A stretch of DNA of 64,000 nt, taken from assembly GCF_002571385.2 (NCBI RefSeq), contig NW_019218005.1, forward strand, positions 305,253 to 369,252. Direction: 5' to 3'. The DNA is from Stylophora pistillata. Lineage: Eukaryota. Position numbers and translations under genes: made by a program. The notes under the pieces are model-generated. The model had not been told where the DNA came from and did not search any database. It saw only the letters and a list, made by a program, of their open reading frames with translations. This document shows positions 52,921-64,000 of the stretch, piece after piece (position 1 is the stretch's first letter; each line of letters begins with the position of its first letter).

Positions 52921-54522
52921 GATTCGTCAGGTTTACACGAAAACATTTTTCCGATTCCTTCACATTAGATATCGATAAATCTTGTGGCACTTAAATTCCA
53001 CAAAAAAAAAAACTTAGAGAAATGATGCAAAGCACTTCATATATATTTCATGTGCAGCATCATATTTTGCGTTTTAAAAGTACTCGAAAACAACATTCAT
53101 ACTTTAAATTTCGAATTAAAAAAAACCGCCCAGGACGCGGATGAGCGAGGGTGCTGTTCGTTTAATGCGACACCAAAAACCTTTCCCGTAATGCAAAAGA
53201 AATGCAAAAGAAATCGCTGACAGAAGCATCACACGACCATTCGAGTGAGGGTGACTCTGAAGTCACTCAGTCACCACGCTAGTTCTCATAGCCTCGTCCT
53301 ACAAGCCACGATAAAGGTAATTTGAGGATAATTAGGGAAAAATACAAACACCTTGGCAGTATCTTCAGTATTTTCTTCCACGTGATGACTTTGTCAAGTT
53401 TAGGAAAATATGCATATGACGTCATATGGACTGATACATTTCTCGATATTAACTCAAACGCCGTAGTATTAAGGCGAGTATCAAAGTACTTTGATCCTGA
53501 ACATTTCAGTGTAAGATCTGTGGACATATGTTTGATACACGTCAAGTTTCAAATCTGGCAGAAACCTAAGATTTCTCCTTCTGACGTCATCAAAATTCTC
53601 TTACAGCAGAAATCAGACGCCGATAATTTAGCAGTAAAGACAGGTATCGTCGTCAATCTTCAGATTTTTGCCCTGTTCCCTTGATTTGCACATTTTATAC
53701 ATGGCAACATATGAAAGGTTACTTCAAACAACTTGACTACACATTCGCTAACACCGGGAAAAATCCTCTTCTTGCTTTTCTCAACAATACATGAAAAGAA
53801 ATGTTACGTTTAATTATGAATAACACGTGGTCACTGCAGGTGTCTATAAATTCTTAAAGACATTTAGTTTACTGTTTTTGTTAACCTTTCACACCTTGCT
53901 ATTGAACAGAAAGATTTGCATCCAAAATCTGCTCTTGGTCTAAAAATATAACATGGTCACCTAACAGGTATCACCTATGCTGCTCAACAGAACCAGTTTG
54001 AGAAACTTTGAATTATTTACGGCAATCTATTCATTTAAATGCTTATCAGCAACTTAAAAATCTTTGTTCCAAACCTGCAGTATGCTAAGAACAACTTGAA
54101 AACTTGCAAGAGTTTCAAATATATTGAGTAGTTATATCAATCAGACTAGAAAAACTGCATGTGTGTACAAAAGTGCGTCATGTATATATGACTTACTCTT
54201 TCACAGCTGGTTAGCTTAACTTTTAAACCATAATAGTGACCAACATCTAATTTCTCCTTACAGTAATAAGGCTGAATCATTCATCAAGATCGAGAGACTA
54301 AAGGAAATGATCGGCAACCCAAGAAGCTTTGATTGTTAAATAAACTCTCCTTGTCAGCACCACAGGAAATGTATAGAGAACAGTAAGGAGAAAATGGATA
54401 CTGATTTTAGGGTATGAAGGATTAATATCGTGGAGTAAATATGATCGTAATAAGGTTAAGGACCCTGAATGAGAAAGTAACAAATATACATGCCCACCCC
54501 TGTCTCTCTCCCCTCCCCTTCC

Positions 54523-55518
54523 NNNNNNNNNNNNNNNNNNNNNNNNNNNNNNNNNNNNNNNNNNNNNNNNNNNNNNNNNNNNNNNNNNNNNNNNNNNNNN
54601 NNNNNNNNNNNNNNNNNNNNNNNNNNNNNNNNNNNNNNNNNNNNNNNNNNNNNNNNNNNNNNNNNNNNNNNNNNNNNNNNNNNNNNNNNNNNNNNNNNNN
54701 NNNNNNNNNNNNNNNNNNNNNNNNNNNNNNNNNNNNNNNNNNNNNNNNNNNNNNNNNNNNNNNNNNNNNNNNNNNNNNNNNNNNNNNNNNNNNNNNNNNN
54801 NNNNNNNNNNNNNNNNNNNNNNNNNNNNNNNNNNNNNNNNNNNNNNNNNNNNNNNNNNNNNNNNNNNNNNNNNNNNNNNNNNNNNNNNNNNNNNNNNNNN
54901 NNNNNNNNNNNNNNNNNNNNNNNNNNNNNNNNNNNNNNNNNNNNNNNNNNNNNNNNNNNNNNNNNNNNNNNNNNNNNNNNNNNNNNNNNNNNNNNNNNNN
55001 NNNNNNNNNNNNNNNNNNNNNNNNNNNNNNNNNNNNNNNNNNNNNNNNNNNNNNNNNNNNNNNNNNNNNNNNNNNNNNNNNNNNNNNNNNNNNNNNNNNN
55101 NNNNNNNNNNNNNNNNNNNNNNNNNNNNNNNNNNNNNNNNNNNNNNNNNNNNNNNNNNNNNNNNNNNNNNNNNNNNNNNNNNNNNNNNNNNNNNNNNNNN
55201 NNNNNNNNNNNNNNNNNNNNNNNNNNNNNNNNNNNNNNNNNNNNNNNNNNNNNNNNNNNNNNNNNNNNNNNNNNNNNNNNNNNNNNNNNNNNNNNNNNNN
55301 NNNNNNNNNNNNNNNNNNNNNNNNNNNNNNNNNNNNNNNNNNNNNNNNNNNNNNNNNNNNNNNNNNNNNNNNNNNNNNNNNNNNNNNNNNNNNNNNNNNN
55401 NNNNNNNNNNNNNNNNNNNNNNNNNNNNNNNNNNNNNNNNNNNNNNNNNNNNNNNNNNNNNNNNNNNNNNNNNNNNNNNNNNNNNNNNNNNNNNNNNNNN
55501 NNNNNNNNNNNNNNNNNN
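54523..55518. other. Assembly gap flanked by C/T-rich low-complexity sequence
   Basis: N run with ccctccc-type flanks on both sides. Confidence 0.9.
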
Positions 55519-58500
55519 CCCCTCTCCCCCCTCCCCCCAGCTCTTTTGCATATTCATCCAGATGGACAAAAAATTTTGGTTATCATTTTTATGACTGTGA
55601 AGGACATCGGCCAGTAACTTGAGCATGCCAGTACGGTACAACACTAGCTGAAACCAGCACATGAACTTTCTCATAACACTGTCAGATGAAATATTACATG
55701 AATCCTTTCCTAACATCAGGTTTTTAGTTGACTCTAAAAAAGTACATCTTTTTTAATTAGAAGCTAACCTGAACTTACGGCTTCCAACTTTGAGGTGAAA
55801 ATACATTGAGAGTAACCAATCACAAGTTATCAAGGCTTGACATAAACATTTCCACCCAAGAAGTAGAATGTCATTCATAATCTCTTGAATTGTGCCTTAA
55901 ATATTAATCCATCGAATAAAAATCTCAATCAAATATTTAATGAAAGAAGACCACAAGATTTTATTCACAGACAAAAAAACAGCATAGCCAAACATAGTTC
56001 TAATATTTGTAATACAACTACATGTATATGCCCTTCAGCCTTAGTTGAGCTTTGACTAAAAATGGAGTAAGAGCACTTTATAAAAACCCATGCCATTTGG
56101 AGACAATTCTACTTCAATAACTTGTACTAAGATTGAATATTCGGACTTGTTTTCCTTGACCATCAGACAAAGCAAATATGTAAATATATTTTGATGTTTA
56201 TCAACTTCGACATGTGAACCCTGGACATAAGATATTTTGGAAAAATTAAACATCAAGAAAGACTTACATGACAGAGAAACTGAAACAGATGAAACCAATA
56301 ATCCTGTGATGAAAGTGTGATGTAGAAATGACATTGAAGAGATACATTGCAGAACTTTTCCATGTGCTGTTAAAATCAGACACTCACAAGACACACCTAG
56401 CACATGAGAGCCACAAACATCAACATGGTAGGGCACAAAATACAAAAGAGCCAACATAAGAAACTTCAGACTCCACCTTATGATGTGTGATGAAACATTG
56501 TAACAAAATCAAGTTTTATCCTGTTTGTTGCTTAAACACCCATGTGCTACAGAGATCTGCTCAGAGGGTCACAGTTCCTTGTAAAAACCAAAACAGACTA
56601 TTTAAGCCAGAGTCAGCTACTATCAAAAAACCCCAGAGGATGAAAATACAGCCAGTGTTTGGGCTCTTACTGTTTTGGTTCACTATAAATATTCAAGACT
56701 TTTACAGCACTTAAATTTTCAAGTGACCTTCTCAAATGACCAACAAAGCCCAAACATGACAATTAAAGGATGGAGAAAAAACAAATTGAGACAATAAATA
56801 TTCATCTAGGGGACAAGATGTCAATGAAATATGTAATCCTTAACACCCAACAGAAAGTGAATTTAGGATGCGTCCTTTACTCGGGAGAATTAATCAGAAA
56901 TTAGGTTCCTTATTGCTTGCGTAAAAAGGACATGTTAATCCATGCTGACACCTGCTGTCTGATTGATGAATCTTGTAAAAGCATTATGTTCCATAACAGT
57001 GGGAGAAACTACCAATCATATGTTACCATGATACTGTTCAGGTACTTAAATGTTAGTGCCTGCCTAGTTCACAAGCATGCAACACTTTTAAGAAAAGAAA
57101 TTATGGTAATTACACTAAAAACCTGGCACTACTGAAGTCAAAACACTTGGATGGCTTATAAACAGTGCACGCTTCAAGCAATTTTTTGCTCTGGCTCCAG
57201 AAGGTCTATGAGAATAAAGCTATTTTCAAATAACCTTTTCTAATATAGATACTCAGAAAAAAAATTAATTAAAGTTCAACTTAGCTTTCGTTCAAACTGA
57301 GAGTTCTTGGTGTGCTGAAGTTTTTTAATCCCTTGAAAAAGGAGTCAGAGCAATAGAAAAATGGCTTCAAGGTAGGTGAAGTAAATATTACAGAAGAGCT
57401 TGTTTAAGGGTGGTTTGCAACATCACTTGCAAAATAATAGCATTTTCTTTAATGACCTAGAAGAAACATGATACTTTGAGAAGTCATACTTAAGGAGAAA
57501 CTTCACGAAAGCAGTCAAAGTGACACAAGTGTTTGAAAACTGGTATCAAGTTAAGTACATCTGCTGGCTACATACAGTCCCTTTGAGTTTTTGAGCCTTT
57601 GAAGTATGCAGATAAAGAATACAGCACTTTAAAGGCCATATTTTTGTAACAAATTGATTTTTTTTCACAGCTGGTACATTAAAGTTCTTCACAGAACAGA
57701 AGAGGACTTAAAATAAAAAAAAATCCCACCCAAATAAAAGTAGCATTTGATGACAACTACTGGAAAAATTCTAAATTTACAACAATCCATACTAACATTA
57801 TCAGTCAAAATGTATGTGTTATGAAAACCTTTTTTCTACCTGTGGATATTTTTCATTTTGATTTATTTTCAGAACAGATATCTAAGTGCTAGGAACTATT
57901 GCCATAGTGGCTGGTTGCACTAACAAGAAAATTAACCAAAAATAGCTTATCAACATCATCACCTTTGGAGTGATAACAATTGAAAGTGAGAGCAATGGCT
58001 CTCCAGTTCAGAGAAGACCACCTCCCAATACTACAGAGTGAGAAAATGAACCTTTCTGTTGATAAAAATCTTGTTGAAAAACAGGCCAGTTGATCTGAAC
58101 TTTTTGCATAAATATCTCAACCCATCCCTGGATCCTATTAAAATATGTACAACAAAGTTAAAAAATAGAAAAACAGATGTTAAAATTGGCAAAAAGCTTG
58201 TTGAGTATTTAGTATGTAACAACCAAGAAGCTGCGATAAAATACGCTATACAAGACATGAGGCCTAGAGGTTCCAAACAAGTCGATGCATTTAGTTGGCA
58301 CTCAAAAATTAGATGTCTAAATAGTGCCCAAGGCTCTTTTCAGCGATTGTTAGAGACTTTGTACAGTTCCAAGAAAACAGAAGAACAACGATGAATCCAC
58401 AGAACAAGAGAAACTGTGCGCGATAAGTGCATAGCTAAAATATTGCTGAATACGGTATAATTACATCAAAAAGTTCAGATCCGCAAAGATTTTACAAAGA

Positions 58501-59665
58501 TCAATAAGAGTTAAACAAACACAAAGTTTGGTAAGTTTTTCTTAATACCGTTAAGAAAATACAAGGTTAAAATTCATTTTACTTTTCCTGAATCATATTT
58601 GCACTAACGATAAATAATTTCAAGATTCTGATCGAATAGTCGATCACTTCCGACGAAACTAAAACATTTGTTTATCATTCCAAGCTTTAATCTCTTTGCG
58701 CGCCAAGACTTTCAGATGACATTTGAGACAACCACAACATCCATTAGCGAAAACGAAATATAAATACTCTAAAACTAGTGTTTTAATCATCTGAGTAGGT
58801 GATGGACTACATCTGCCTAATAATGAATTCCACGGCTAGTGACAAGTTCAGTATTTCGAAGAAGCTTTCGCCCTAAAAACTGCTCCCGATGTTCAATTCA
58901 AAATGAAAGACATTCAAGTTTGTACATCGTGTCAGCTAGAATAACTCAGACATTTGGTTTCGAAGCAACAGTCGTTCACTTGAATTCTGTATGGAACGCT
59001 GACACTTTCCCTTGGTAACCATAATGAATAATCTGTTCTTTTGAACAACTTTGACTAAAACCACTTGCGAATCGACGTCAATATTCTTATTTTGGAAATC
59101 AATACAATCACATAAATAAAAGAAGACCTGTATCAATTTTTATCTCATCTGCTATTTTAATTTTATCAGAACATCAGTTCACCATTTTATTTCATTTATT
59201 TTTTCCTTTGCGAGGGAAAGGGAATAAATGTAGCTTTTATTTCTAACTGAACATCCCCTGTACTTGTGGCTACAATAATGCAGAAAAAAAGAATTGGCGA
59301 GTCATTATCAAGAAATGAAAACATTCACTTCTGTTTAGTCTGAATAATTTGTACCCTCAGATGACTTAGTTCGCTGAAAAGCGCTTCAACCAAGTAAAGA
59401 CTGGAAGATCAAGTTGTACTCTTTTGTGTTCTCATTGTTGAAACGAATCCACGTTGCACGGCGACCTGTCCTCTTCCTTCACAACAACAGAGCTTCCAGC
59501 AGCAGGTGGAATTTACGTGAAGTTTAATGGCCGTCCTTTCTTCACCACATAACACACATGTACGGACAAGAGAGCGATTAAAATACTGCGAAAGCTGACT
59601 TCCCTTCCGTTTCAGAGATGCGCTAACACAAAATAGAAAGTAGAATACACGGAAGAAGTACTTAC

Positions 59666-59761
59666 CGATTCCACACTTGTCACATAACACGATCTCGTTT
59701 GGTCTCAGCGAAGTTCCGTCTTTGCAAATAATACATACAATTTCTGCCGTCGTTTCTGTCA
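59666..59761 (-). CDS. Tudor-PHD-MYND protein, exon 2 (first half of a PCL-type PHD1)
   Basis: tcgcag|...|gtaagt. EIVCIICKDGTSLRPNEIVLCDKCGI(G) resembles PHD1 of MTF2/PHF1/PHF19. Confidence 0.88.
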
Positions 59762-60016
59762 CTGCGAGGAATCAGAGAGAAGTGTTAGCGAGGACAAAGA
59801 AATCCAATTACGCTTTTCCTACAACATTACGCGAAGGAAGTTTTATCAGGACAGAAAATAAAAACTCGCTAATTGCTTCCCACATGAAGACACCGAGAAC
59901 AAATCCGAGAACTCTGTGTGTCATACATGAAGAAACCTTGGCCGGATTCTATCGATATAAATGCTACATTCTCCTTGATTGAATAGAGAAATAAGAGTGC
60001 AAGAATTAAGACGAAC

Positions 60017-60179
60017 CACTGTGAATCTTGGAAAACGGACATTCCTCAACAGAATCATCGTCGAAGATTAGACTACACTTTCCAGAAACTCGGTCAATTT
60101 TCTGAATTTTCGCGTAAAACAGTTTGTCTTCCCATTCGGCCAACACGACATCTCCGTTTGAGAAGTTGAATTCATCCAT
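60017..60179 (-). CDS. Tudor-PHD-MYND protein, coding exon 1 (Polycomb-like-type Tudor domain, not in the ORF track)
   Basis: Encodes MDEFNFSNGDVVLAEWEDKLFYAKIQKIDRVSGKCSLIFDDDSVEECPFSKIHS, which matches the PCL Tudor pattern F..G.DVLA.W.D.LFY...I..I......C...F.D.S. Donor G|gttcgt is phase 1. Confidence 0.85.
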
Positions 60180-60600
60180 TACGCGAGCCCTTTCAGAGCA
60201 AATTTATCCCTGATGCTTCCATCCCACATTCACCCATGTCCCATATAAGATGGGGAATTTCTGCGGCGCGATCACACAAAGTAAAACATGGGACATTCGA
60301 CGACAACACAGTCGCTCCGTACACCAGCTATCGCATTTGTGATTAAGCCTCGACCTCGTGTTACGTCAATGACGCGCGTTCAAACGAGATTCCAGACTTG
60401 CGAAAGATGCGGAGTTTTCCCTGGCGCCTATTTTCGCTTCGAAACTTGTTCGGCACTCCAAAAGTTTAGCTACAGGGATTCAAATCGATCTTTGAGAACC
60501 TACCTGCGTTCAGAGAGCAGCAGCATCTCTGAATGACTAATTTCGCTGCCGAGCCTTGGCTTCCGCTGCCATACTTCAATTAATTATGAAAAATTTCCCG
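60180..60600 (-). promoter_or_regulatory. Predicted spliced 5' leader (intron 60261-60503) with multiple uORFs
   Basis: Donor gcag|gtaggt at 60504, acceptor ccgcag| at 60261, CpG-rich sequence, six upstream ATGs. Confidence 0.5.
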
Positions 60601-63600
60601 CTATCAATTTTTGTTTTACATTTATATCGGCTCTATTGTTATGATAAATACAGGCTGCACCTGTACAGACAAGCACTAAATTTGTATAAAAGCTTTGCCT
60701 TTTGGCTAACTTATCGCATCTCTGCTAGATTTGCACAAGCCTGTTTCCAGTGCAACGTCAAACACAGCTGAGTTCACAATTCGCTAAATATTTCTGTCAA
60801 AATTAAGCTGTACTGTTTGCTTTGAATATTGGTTTGACAAAATTGAAAAAACATCGCCGCCGATATTGCAAAAGGACAGATTTTATTTTCCCTCTTGCAA
60901 CATCTCTCTTCCGAAGTCTCTCGTAAATCATTTACAATTTCCTCTATTCACTGAATGGCTCACTTTTAAATTTGGACAGGCATTAGCGACCATCAATTTC
61001 ACTTCGCGCTCGAGTCCAGCGGACATCTGCTCAATTGTTTACGAGTTGTTTGGGAAAATGTCTTCTTTCCTTACACGTGCCGCCGAATGGATAAGAAAGC
61101 CTTCCGGAAAAGACAATTTTGATATCTGTTCAGTTCTTTCGCGTTTGATAACACCGTTGATGTGAACTCGACAAGAACGTCATTAGTGTATGGGCGGTGA
61201 AAGCTGCTTCGAACTGAAACTAATAGAAAAAAAAAAGAAAGAAACTTAAAAGCGGTGTACGATCTGTCTGCAAAGCGCGCGCGCGCGGATCAGACAAAAA
61301 AAAGAAGCTGCTAGGACAGCCCACCTCTAAAGCGTGCTTTTTAACATTTACGCAATAAATTGCAAAGACGAATCTTGTTTGTTTTAAGTTGGACATATCC
61401 GCCCTAAAGCACTTTATTCGGGTCGCCCGTGATGTCTTTCATAAAGTTATTGATGAAGTATTTATTTTCCAAACTAGCAGGTGCAGATTCCCATAAGACT
61501 TTCAAAATTTGTGCAGCTGCTCCCCAACGAATTGTCACATGACACAGTGTCAGCACGGACAATTCATTTCACCGGCGCAGGGGAAATAAAACGTTTACCC
61601 CTTCGTTCAAACTGTTATAGCCCTTTGCGCCACCGTGGTGCAATTCTGCAATTTCAAAGAAGCCACGCGAGCGTAAAAGCTTTTTTCCAATTAAAGTCTG
61701 CGAGCGAAGATAAAAAAACAGCGTTATTAACGTTGCGAAGAATAGATAAATTAAATATTACATATAATTACTTGAGGCTTTTCAAAACAAAAATAAGTCC
61801 ATCGTGTATTAAGGCCAGCTGTTTCAATTCTGCAAAAAAAACAGGATATCCGGAGCAATTTTAGTTTTCGTATATAAGTAGAAAACACAATAAAAAGCGG
61901 TAAATGATTGTCGACTCAACAACACCAATCTTTTGATCTCTTTAAAGGCTCCTTTACTTTCGTCGGCAGAATTGAAAATTAATTTCTCTTTTTCTACGCC
62001 GAATTTTATTATTATTTTTTTTTTTTTTACTTCTGAGTTCTGCTTGGTTACGAAACACCCGGTGGCTAGTTTGAATTTGATACCGAGCCAAAGTATGGGA
62101 TTAGGGCGATAAAAACAAAAATTAAAGGGGAACCACTTAGTTTTTTTTGCCGTGAGGACCACATAATTAGACATGGAACACAATTTTTTAGAACAAAACT
62201 ACATTACTGCTTACATCCTGTGTTTTAATAATAACTTTTCCTCTTTAAGAATCAAACGGAAATTGACCCAGCGTTAGTGATATGTCTCTACTTTCCTATT
62301 CATTCTAACGAGAAAAAATGGACCAAACACGGTTCCGTTTACGTCAACATCAAAGGAAAGAGGAAATTGTTGACAAAATGCTCTCCTGTTATCGCAGTTT
62401 TCTCTTCCGACGGCCGGGTAAATTAGCTCAGAAAAAAAAATCCACAATTGGCTTCAGTTTTAGATTAGGCAAGAAACCCACTAGTTTGGCTTTTTTTTTC
62501 ATAAAGTCCGTTTAAAGGTTGTATTTATGAGATTAAAATTCATTTAAACGCGAGGTGCAATATCGAAAAAATATACAAGTGGAAGGTATAAAGAAAAGGT
62601 GAAGAGTTTTCGTTACAGTAATCAAAAATTGGATTGAAAAACAAAAGAGGGCACACTCTAACGTGTGCAATGATTCTTTGATCAAGCAGAATTCCACAAA
62701 GTGACGACTACAGCAAACAGCGCTGGGTTATTTTGTTTGGAAAATCTGAAAAAATAGAATTTATCGCGGTTTAGGTTCACAAAGAGGAAAAAGCTAAGAG
62801 CAGCATTCTGTTCAAATAAATTAACCCCTAAGCTGCAAACAGCTTGCGAGTTCTGTCTGCAAAGTCAAGACTGGATCTGAAATTTGAAGCGCTCTTTATT
62901 CTGTCCGCGCGCGTTTGTGTCAAAATGTTTCCCTGTCTTGATGAAACAGCTTTCGATCTTTTGAGGGGGTTTCCTATTCAGTCGCAGATTGCTTTGGCGA
63001 AAGAACACAATACCCTACTAACTGACGATTTAACAGTTAAAATGTTCTTGTCGATCATAGTCTTTGTGCAGCTGTTTGCACCAATAAAAAGCGTTTGTTC
63101 AGGCAGTGAAGAAAATATAATTTACCAGATAACGCAAAACCATTGTATTCCACACGGGCTTTTCTCCGAATTGGTAATTCGCCATTCAAAAACTTATACC
63201 TCTGAAATTATTGATAACTCGTTGGTTATAAACAACGAACAATACAAGATTATCCTGGACCTCATTTTAACGCCAGTGTACTGTGCAAAAACAAAAATCT
63301 GCGCTGAAAAAACAAACAAGACAATGACGGTGAATCTGTAGGAGCCCGAATTGTATATGCATATAGCTGCAAGAGTGCGTGGGCATAAAAAAAGTATATT
63401 TTTTATCGCTAGCAAAATAGGAAAAAATCAAAACTCGAAAGCTGACAAAGATCGCGCCTTTGGCACTAATCTTTTTACAATCTTATCGTTTAAAATAGTT
63501 TTTATTTTAATCTTTTGTATTTATGTTGCTGATTTTTTGGCGGAAATCAAAAGAAATACGTAGAGAACCGCCACACTCGAAACCCCCAATCATAAAAAGT

Positions 63601-64000
63601 AATTAGCGCCGCAATATTTATACCTCATATTTTACTCCCAAAGGTAATATCCGGCAGCTATTTATCTTCCTAGTTTGGCCCTGAGAGAACCATTTGTATG
63701 ATTTTCTCAAGACATACTCTTTTTGAGGTCGACTTTTGACAGTTTTTAATTTTTGTGCTCTGCTGTGTCCGTGTTGTCATATAAACTAGAGAAGCTGAAA
63801 AAAGTTTGTTTTGCCAGGTTCAATAGCGAGGTTCGCCAACAAAACATATAAACCCAGGCTTGGGATATTGTGGAATATCGCGCTTGAAACAAAACTGACA
63901 AGTGCATATTTGGAATGGTCATTTAGCTGGTCAAATTGCAAAATTTATGCCGATTTCGAGCCTAATTGCAAACTTATCAAACTCAGTCAAGGCGACAACA

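Noticed and set aside
59666-60179. Assigning the symbol MTF2, PHF1, PHF19 or Pcl
   Set aside because: Only the Tudor and PHD1 are similar. PHD2, the winged helix and the C-terminal domain were not found.
60600-64000. Short ORFs, e.g. 61481..61864 and 62844..63341
   Set aside because: No recognisable motifs or consistent exon structure. Probably upstream non-coding DNA.

Overview
Eukaryotic (animal) genomic DNA with GT-AG introns. The repeat families and gene content look like a stony coral or other cnidarian (from recall, not verified). All three host genes are on the minus strand. (1) An intron-poor ABCC4/MRP4-like ABC exporter (exons 10355->5054), followed across assembly gaps by a diverged second copy of its NBD1 exon. 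That copy is fused through a single N to an NBD2 terminal exon, so the 570-aa ORF at 1062..2774 is probably an assembly chimera. (2) A complete 7-exon PPM1E/PPM1F-like PP2C phosphatase (30001->19416). (3) A 6-exon gene spanning 27 kb (60179->33050), rebuilt here by hand from splice phases. It encodes a ~2297-aa protein with a Polycomb-like (PHF1/MTF2/PHF19-type) Tudor+PHD N-terminus, ~2100 aa of low-complexity sequence and a C-terminal MYND finger, an architecture I do not recognise. Its predicted leader has stacked uORFs and its predicted 3'UTR has a strongly self-complementary element. Mobile DNA includes a decayed CRE-like (RLE-type) non-LTR retrotransposon, a tRNA-headed Deu/Nin-like SINE, a solo LTR, many MITEs (some nested three deep), palindromic elements and minisatellites. 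There are three N gaps.
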